Source: Eledone cirrhosa (lineage: Eukaryota). From it: DNA of 64,000 nucleotides. Below, one piece after another: positions 56,130 through 64,000 of the stretch. The stretch lies in assembly GCA_964016885.1 (NCBI GenBank), contig OZ024740.1, positions 348,316,001 through 348,380,000 of the forward strand, given 5' to 3'. The notes beneath the pieces are model-generated. The model saw only the letters and a program-made list of their open reading frames with translations. It was not told where the DNA came from and did no database searches. The position numbers and the translations under genes were made by a program. How positions within the stretch are numbered: the stretch's first letter is position 1; every line of letters begins with the position of its first letter.

Positions 56130-56584
56130 AAATAAAGGATTATGAGTTCATGCAATTGACTTATATTTCGTCACTATTATAACTCCGGAACTTGTATCTT
56201 CGTTGAGTGCTCCCTATCCGCATACTGAAGTACTGGATTTTACCAACACTTTCTTGCTTACATATAAATATATATATATATATTATTAGTATTATTATTA
56301 TTCCTTACATTCCTTACATTAAACTACAACTATATTGACAATCTTTAAATAATGTCTTCCTTGTGAAATTTGTGGTCTTGTTTTGCTTAACTAATGAATA
56401 TATATATATATATATATATTAGGTTATGCAAGAAATACTTATGGTTATTCTGAATGCAGTAATGGTTAATTACTACATTAGATAGAGTTGACGTACAGCG
56501 AGGGGTTACTCAACGAGTTATGGAAGAATAGTCGGAAAACCTCAGTTTCTTATCCTTCTGTGTGTTCCGGAGTGTAGATAAAGA

Positions 56585-56851
56585 ATGAATAATAACAGAT
56601 AGACATCATGAAAAGGTAATTTCTTCCGAGTGCTTACAAATGTTTCAACAGTAGTTATACAGCCTAGTCATGCTATGTGCAATTATTGATAATAATTGAT
56701 AATTATTCGATTGCAGAAACTCAATTTTCAAATGCTGCCACTACCATTTCCTCAGAGGTGAGGAAATGGTAGTGGCAGTTTAACTACTGTTGAAACATTT
56801 GTAAGCACTCGGAATAAATTACCGTTTTATAATGTCTGCCTGTTATTATTC

Positions 56852-56855
<4 letters not shown>
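56585..56855. mobile_element. Small palindromic PLE remnant with hammerhead halves
   Basis: Outer arms 56585-56658/56782-56855. Perfect 20-bp hairpin at 56735-56778. (C)TGAGGA-AATGGTAGT/ACTACTGTT-GAAA-CATTTG-TA. Confidence 0.7.
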
Positions 56856-56889
<34 letters not shown>

Positions 56890-56895
<6 letters not shown>

Positions 56896-59730
56896 TAACA
56901 GATTAAAGTTTAAGCAAAGAATCGCTGCTTTCACCCTTAACGGGATCTTCTGAAACTAACAAAGTCAATCTGTGAACGCAGAAGTGAATATTTCAAAAAA
57001 CGTTGCAATCGGAGGAATGCAGGAAGACGATACTTTGGTTCGTGGAAACGTTCCCTGGCAAAGAACGGGAAAAAACGAATATAATACGTCATTATTTGGA
57101 GCGGTGAAAAACAATTACACGCAAAGACAAAACCACGTTTATGGTATAAAAGAAGTCGTAGACTAATATACTATTAGGTGGTTCATAGAGACGTTCTCAG
57201 GCAATGAACGGAAAAACGAAGATAATACGTCATATGTGGAGCGGGGAGAACAATTGCACGCAAAGACAAAACTACGTAAATGGTATAACTGAAGTAGTAG
57301 ACTAAAATTTTAACTAGGAAACCGAATGATTCTCGGCTTCAGAGTTAAGAATTAAGTAAATAAAATACAGAGGTAATTTAAAAATACATACACGCATCCA
57401 TATACGTACATACACAAGCATACGCGAAAACATTCGCCATAGGTATACAAATACACGCACGTACACAAAAAAACAACAACACGCACATACAGAACCCACG
57501 CAACGCCTGTACCCGCACGCATACGAATGTATACACCCAAAACACATAAAAATATAGATAAATATATATATATTAATATATATATGTATATGTGTGTGTG
57601 TGTGCATGTATACATATAATTAAATAAAGGTATATAAATAAATAAATACGTATATAACAAGCGCGAACACATACCTACATGTAAATACACATATGTTCGG
57701 AGACGTACCTCAACCAAAACACGAAGTACACATATACACACACCCTACATACGTACGAACGCGCATACTCACAAAGACGTAAAACTCACGTATACACATA
57801 ACCAAAAGCATATGTACCAGAATATATAATATATACGCCATAACACATAAAATCAAATATACGTACGAGGAAGTATACGTACCTTCATAAAACATACAGG
57901 TAATATATACTTACCTATACAAATAAGTAATGGTATAAACATAACATATATTTAGCTACCACATCAAGGCGTAAAATATCCGCGTATAGTTCGTACTATC
58001 CGTTGGGGTATAATGTGGGGCTGTAATACAGGAAAGTTTTGTGCAATTTATGTTTACAAGCCGAAATTGCTTTAGATTTTTTGTTTAAGATATGGTCTTT
58101 GGCGTAGAGTATTTCCAGAGCCTCAGCGGAGCAGAGGTCACATGGTCTTTTATTTCCGTTATACGATCTAGCCCTACCTACGATCTCCCAGTGTAACTTA
58201 TATTGGGTATGGTTGTCTTTTAGACTCCAGATATAAGCTGAAAGTGACGTCATATTCCTTCTTAAAGGGTAACGAAAAGAATGGGTATGCATGTAGAGAC
58301 GCTGCTTGAATCTATTGGCGGTTAACCCTATGTAGGCCCTACGGGACGAGCGGGTTTCAACCTTACATTTGGAGACACTGTTACTAGAGAAGCATTTCCC
58401 GGATAGGGGGCACTCAACCCGATTCCTACAATTACAGTTCGTACTAACTACAGGGTTGCACGTGTTCCTACGGCTGGGTAGTTTAGCTAAATTTGAAGCT
58501 GTGATCTTATGTGCATGGTTAGGAGTCGTAGAGTAAGATATTTTAATAGTATTTCTATTAAAGATTTTACTATATTTATGTGTAGGGGTAAAATGCTTCA
58601 TAATAAGGGAGAGAAAGATCTTAGCTAATGGTGTGGCCACCTCCATATTATATGGCGGGTTATACCATATAATGCGTCGGGATCTATTTCTTCTAGGTCT
58701 ATTCTCATACTCTGTATATGCTACCTTATCGACAAATCCACCCCGAGCAAGAGCTTCATTGTAATATGTGGAATGGTCATTGAAAATATGCTCGTTAGTA
58801 GATAGACGGAAAAGCCTCAAAGAAACGTTTCTTGCCAGGTTCTTGGTTATGCTTGCAGGATGGTTAGAAAGCTTATGTTTATACCATTACTTATTTGTAT
58901 AGGTAAGTATATATTACCGGTATGTTTTATGAAGAACGTATACTTCCTCGTACGTATATTTGATTGTATGTGTTATGGCGTATATATTATATATTCTGGT
59001 ACATATGCTTTTGATTAGGTGTATACGTGATTTTTACATCTGTTTGAGTATGCGGGCTCGTACGTATGTAGGGTGTGTGTACTTCGTGTTTTGTTTGACG
59101 TTCGTCTCCGAAAATATGTATTTACATGTAGGTATGTGTGCGCGCTTATTATATACGTATTTATTTATTTATATACGTTTATTTAAGTATATGTATACAC
59201 GCACACGCACACACACATATATACATTAATATATATTTTTTTATATATATTTTTACGTGTTTTTGGTGTATACATTCGTATGCGTGCGGGTACAGGCGTT
59301 GCATGGATTCTGTATGTGCGTATTATCTTCGTTTTTTCAGTTCATTGCCAGAGAACGTCTCTATGAGTCACCTAATAGAATATTAGTCTACGACTTCTTT
59401 TATACCATAAACGTGGTTTTGTCTTTGCGTGTAATTGTTTTTCACCGCTCCTATTAATGACGTATTATATTCGTTTTTTTCCCGTTCTTTGCCAGGGAAC
59501 GTTTCCACGAACCAAAGTATCGTCTTCCTGTCTTCCTCCGGTTGCAACGTTTTTTGAATATTCACTTCTGTGTTCACAGATTGACTTTGTTAGTTTCAGA
59601 AAATCCCGTTAAGGGTGAAAGCAGCGATTCTTTGCTTAAACTTTAATCTGTTATTTTAATAAATATTTGCTCTACAGTTCTTATATATTTGATATATATT
59701 TATCCTTATTTTCAAATTTATTATTATTAC
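56890..59730 (-). mobile_element. 5'-truncated Penelope-like element (Naiad-like) with ~1-kb inverted pLTRs
   Basis: Arms 56890-57944 and 58873-59660 are inverted; the right arm lacks ~57230-57480. They enclose a GIY-YIG ORF. (TA)n flanks. Confidence 0.92.
57996..58875 (-). CDS. PLE RT thumb plus GIY-YIG endonuclease (5'-truncated open frame, no native start)
   Basis: SNHP, IIWYNPPY, IFNRNTIKISYS, CNCRNRVECPLSGKC, YIGLTANRFKQRLYMH, TSLSAYIW, CDLC and CKH. Confidence 0.9.
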
Positions 59731-59844
59731 TATATATATATGCATATCTGTCTTATGGTAACTAAGATGCGTCCATAGACGTTATGCCGGTTAACAATCT
59801 ATGGTCCTACGGAGCAGAGTAGGATAGAATGGAAAACGTATATG

Positions 59845-59875
<31 letters not shown>

Positions 59876-60055
59876 GTATATATATATATATGTATATATA
59901 TGTATATGTGTATATATATATGTATGTGTATATATATGTATATATGTGTATATATATGTATATATGTATATATATATGTATATATGAATATATATGTATA
60001 TATATATATATATATATATTTATATGTGTGTGTGTGTGTGTGTATGTGTGCCTCT

Positions 60056-60154
<99 letters not shown>

Positions 60155-60180
60155 TGTAAATATAGTGAGAATTCCGCTAG

Positions 60181-60798
60181 CAGTAGAAGTGTGTGATAAA
60201 GTTATATCTATAAAATACAAAGTACGTATCGGAGACCGCAAATTAGTATGGCCATTTCAGAATAAATGTGAATGAGTATAGATACCCAGCAAATACATGT
60301 TTGCGGATACTTTTCTATCTTTCGCACAAGTCTCAGCTGCATTGTAAAACGACATAGATTATACTCACCACAACACTAACTACACTTTCAACATTATACA
60401 GTGTGCTACACATACTAAATCCCACATACAATACAATGGTGAAACTGGGAATGGGGTAGCAATATCTTGCCCGACACTATCAAGAAGGCCGCTTAAAATG
60501 ACATTAATAGGAATCTACTACGCTACATTTTTCGCCTCTATGTATTAAACCAAAACTATAAGGTCATGAATGGTGTTGAATCATTTTAGTCGAAACAGTT
60601 TTTGAATTAATTCACTACCGTTAGGTTATTATTCCTCTTTGCAAAAATGCAAATATTATAGCTTCTCTTTTGCTCTGAAATAGAAGTCATACTCAGCGGA
60701 CATTTATCTGTCCTAATTTCAATGATTTATTAGAAGCAGTAGCTAAATTAAGGCGAGAGATTTTTATATATAGGTATCAATTCCTTAATATAATTTAA
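60181..60798. repeat. Right arm of a ~600-bp inverted repeat
   Basis: Reverse complement of 54110-54706. Confidence 0.92.
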
Positions 60799-60890
60799 TT
60801 ATATGTATACATATATATATAACGATTGTTTCATTTACTACAGTGAATTATTTGAGAAGGAAAGAAAACTAGACCTATGTGCCATTAAAT

Positions 60891-61079
60891 AATTGTTTCT
60901 ACGTTAGGCACAAGGCCAGCAATTACCTAGTGTATTACTGGTACTTTATTTTATCGACCCCGTAAGGATGAAAGGCAAAGTTAACCTCAGCGGGATTTGA
61001 AATCAGAATGGCAAGGGCCGTAACTCTATGCGCCAAAGCATGGCATCCGACACTCTACCAATACTGCCAATCCACCGCC
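60891..61079 (-). mobile_element. Young full-length SINE family A copy with ~20-bp TSD
   Basis: TSD CCTATGTGCCATTAAATAAT at 60874-60893 and 61078-61097. Confidence 0.93.
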
Positions 61080-61443
61080 TATGTGCCATTAAATAATAAA
61101 CGAAAATGTGCGTGATTGTAGCTTTCTATGGCATATTTCGAAGAGTGACGACAGCAAGAACGGAAAAAAAACATAACATTCAGATTTTAGTAGCTTTGTC
61201 CCTTGAGATATTTGTTCTCTGGCTTGTAACTACTCATTTAACACATTCACCATCACAAATGAAGTCAACCAGTGAATACCTCAGTGAAAACACGTAACCC
61301 ACGAAACAACTTTTTATGATTTGCGATATGATAAAAAGAAGATTAAAATAATAGTGTAAGTTGAATCAAGTTTAAGTGGTGAATACCTACGAGTTGGTGA
61401 TTCCAATAAGCCCGAATATTTTACCCGAAACATAATCTGCACC

Positions 61444-61539
<96 letters not shown>

Positions 61540-62929
61540 GGGTGGGATATACACACACGTGGGGGGGGGGGGAGTGTGTGCGTGCGTGTATGTGTTTGTG
61601 TGTTTGTTTGTGTATGTGAGTGGGTGTGTCTGTGTGTCTGTGTGTGTTTGTGCGTGGGTATTAGTAAAACAATCAATAAGGATTTCCATTTAATGTGTCT
61701 TTGTTGCTGGACTACATTGGAATGAGAATAAAAATAATCGAGGCGACAGTCTACTAGTTTTATAGGTATGAAATATAACGTCTGTGACCAATCCTGCAAG
61801 TTCTTTGTTTCGCTTTCCTTCTACACATGTTTGCATTCATTGATAAAGGGTGTGATGGATGTTTTATTACTTTTAGTGATTCATTCGACGTGTAACAAGT
61901 GTCACGCTTTATTGGAATCGATCATTACAAGGATGTAATAACAAGAGTGGAACAGAATCAATGGGAGAATTTCATTCAGTGGCAAGTTTGCCGGATAACG
62001 CATAGAAAGTAGCAAAATAGGAAAGTGCGTTAATGAGATCATACAATGTTGTTTGCTGGTTGTTTTAATTTTTTTTCTGTTTATTTTCTGTGCATTTAAG
62101 ACAAATGCATGCAGATCAACAGGTCATCTCACTGAATTCACATCTTTCTGATAATCTGAGCAAATTTCATATAGATTTAGCTGGCAACAGCCCGGAACAT
62201 AACTAACTATAAACCTTGTGAATATACTTATAGAAATATAAACGACAGACAAAATGTATAATCCGATTTCGGTTGCCGAATGAAACTAATTCCTGAAATT
62301 CGCCTTCATTTTCCATACGTTTACATCTTTTGTCTTTTGCCTGAATACGATATAATGTTATCTAATTCAGGTGAGATTTAGGCATCATGTTGGATTCTGT
62401 TGCTGGTAATGCCTTAAGTCTGTGTCTGGGGCCTAGAAACTTTACTCAACACAGATGAACACATCAATGTTTATGCTCTATTAATTTATCTTCCCCCCAA
62501 ACCTTATCAATGGCAATTGAGTCGCAAGCATCCACTCTTAGTTACTCCTTGCATTTATATGATGTTCAAGTGTGATATGAAAGACATTTGAAAATTGTTC
62601 ACTCCTATCCTGTCTACACAGAGGCTTACATTTTATCTTAATATCGTTGACCCTAATCAGCTCTAATCAAGATAGTATATGTGTATTACTCCTATGTGAA
62701 TTTTCGTTAGTTTTGCAGATATTTTAGTGCAGGGTTCACGTATTTCCCTGACTCAGCGAAGAATCATATTCATTCGGTTGCAGTTCTGACAATGGTAAAT
62801 ATGTTTGATTACATCTGTGAGTAGCTATGACTATTCAAGTATTTTCTGCCTCTGAACGTATCTTTGTTAAGATTATGTTCGATATTAAAAATCGCTATGG
62901 AATACAATATATGTTAAGTGACTTAGAGG

Positions 62930-63800
62930 ATTCTATGTGTGTTCTGCACAAGACCGAGGGTGGAAGGTAAATGATTGTTTTCATAGCATTGAATTTTATT
63001 ATATGAAAATGTATTCTGCGTCTTTTATTTTTATCTGTCCTTCTGCTGTTGCCACAGGTGAAAACCCTGGGTCTACTTTTAACATTTTTGAGGTTAACTG
63101 ATCTTGCATATGTTAGATAAGTTCTAACAACTATGCCACACAGTTCGTCAACACCCATGGTTCCAGTTATTCCATAGCTTTGTTTAACTTAGACTAACAA
63201 GTGCACTACCCGGCATAAAATGGTGAAGTGTATGCAGTGATGTGTGACAGTCTGGAGGTATTTTAATTTCCCCGCTATTTTATGTTTCTGTACTTACACT
63301 TACTGGCCTGTCCAAACATTCGAAGATTGGTTAAGGCAAATGATTGGCTTGGAGAAACATGGAAGCATTATTATAAATGGAATTCTTTGTTTTGATGTGC
63401 TAAGAGAGATGATTAGAAAGTAGACTAAATTTTACATACGTGCTAACATCCTTTCTTGCAAGTTTAGATATAACTTTTCCTTCATTAACTCTCTAGTTTA
63501 CAATTTCTTTAGTGCTTCAAACCTATGTACACCCCAATTACAAATGATGAAGATATAATCTAATCACACCAGCTTGCTGACTATGATAACACCAAAACCT
63601 TTCATTTTATTTTTCCCTTAGAAGCTTATAATTTCAAAAATAGAGTTCACGGATTGATTGACTTGTTTCAATTGACTACATATTTCAACCTTAATATGGA
63701 TGTTTGGATAAGTAAGCCATGTTCATGTCAGAAATAAAGGAGTCCAAATGAACCAAATCCCCACAATCAATACTTAAAGTAACACGTGAGTTTCATTTCC
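62930..63800 (-). pseudogene. Highly decayed CR1/L2-like LINE fragment
   Basis: VRTYLTYARSV (like VRPHLEYASSV) and GNSRRTDKNKRR..F..NA....LPPSV resemble the CR1 C-terminus. Confidence 0.4.
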
Positions 63801-64000
63801 CTACTCAGATAACAAACCCAATTTAACTCACTCGGACAACAACAAAATATCTAAATATAGTATTTATTTACTAATCACACGCGAATATGTAACCTGAAAA
63901 GCGAAACGAAACAAAAGGCCTTTCTCATTTCGACGGCATGAAAAGAAACATTAAAGAGATTTCCTTTAACGAGAAAAGATTTTTTTAATATTACCTGTTC

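Larger units (their letters stand above)
55187..56265. mobile_element. Non-coding palindromic PLE derivative (inverted pLTR pair)
   Basis: 55187-55592 is inverted relative to 55770-56177. Each arm has an HHR followed by AATAAA. (TA)n flanks. Confidence 0.88.

Noticed and set aside
56990-57300. Possible SECIS in the Naiad-like 3' UTR (ATGA-containing repeats)
   Set aside because: No apical AA motif at the right spacing after ATGA, and no in-frame TGA in the ORF.

Overview
A very AT-rich, repeat-dominated eukaryotic window. The SINE family and (TA)n/(CA)n/(TACA)n load suggest a cephalopod such as Octopus, but this is inference. I found no intact host gene; nearly all listed ORFs are microsatellite translations. 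Recognisable content: two 5'-truncated Penelope-like retroelements (PLEs), each with a GIY-YIG ORF between inverted pseudo-LTRs (30.0-31.9 kb, and 56.9-59.7 kb which is Naiad-like); many non-coding palindromic PLE remnants inserted in (TA)n; three non-autonomous Helitrons; one decayed Buster/Charlie hAT transposon with an 8-bp TSD; decayed RTE, R4/Dong-like and CR1-like LINE fragments; and many tRNA-derived SINEs. The most notable signal is at least six distinct type-I hammerhead ribozyme (HHR) families. Two carry non-canonical cores shared across copies (UUGAAAA and CAGAAGA). A 6.7-kb nested-palindrome structure lies at 54.1-60.8 kb. Boundaries of decayed elements are approximate.
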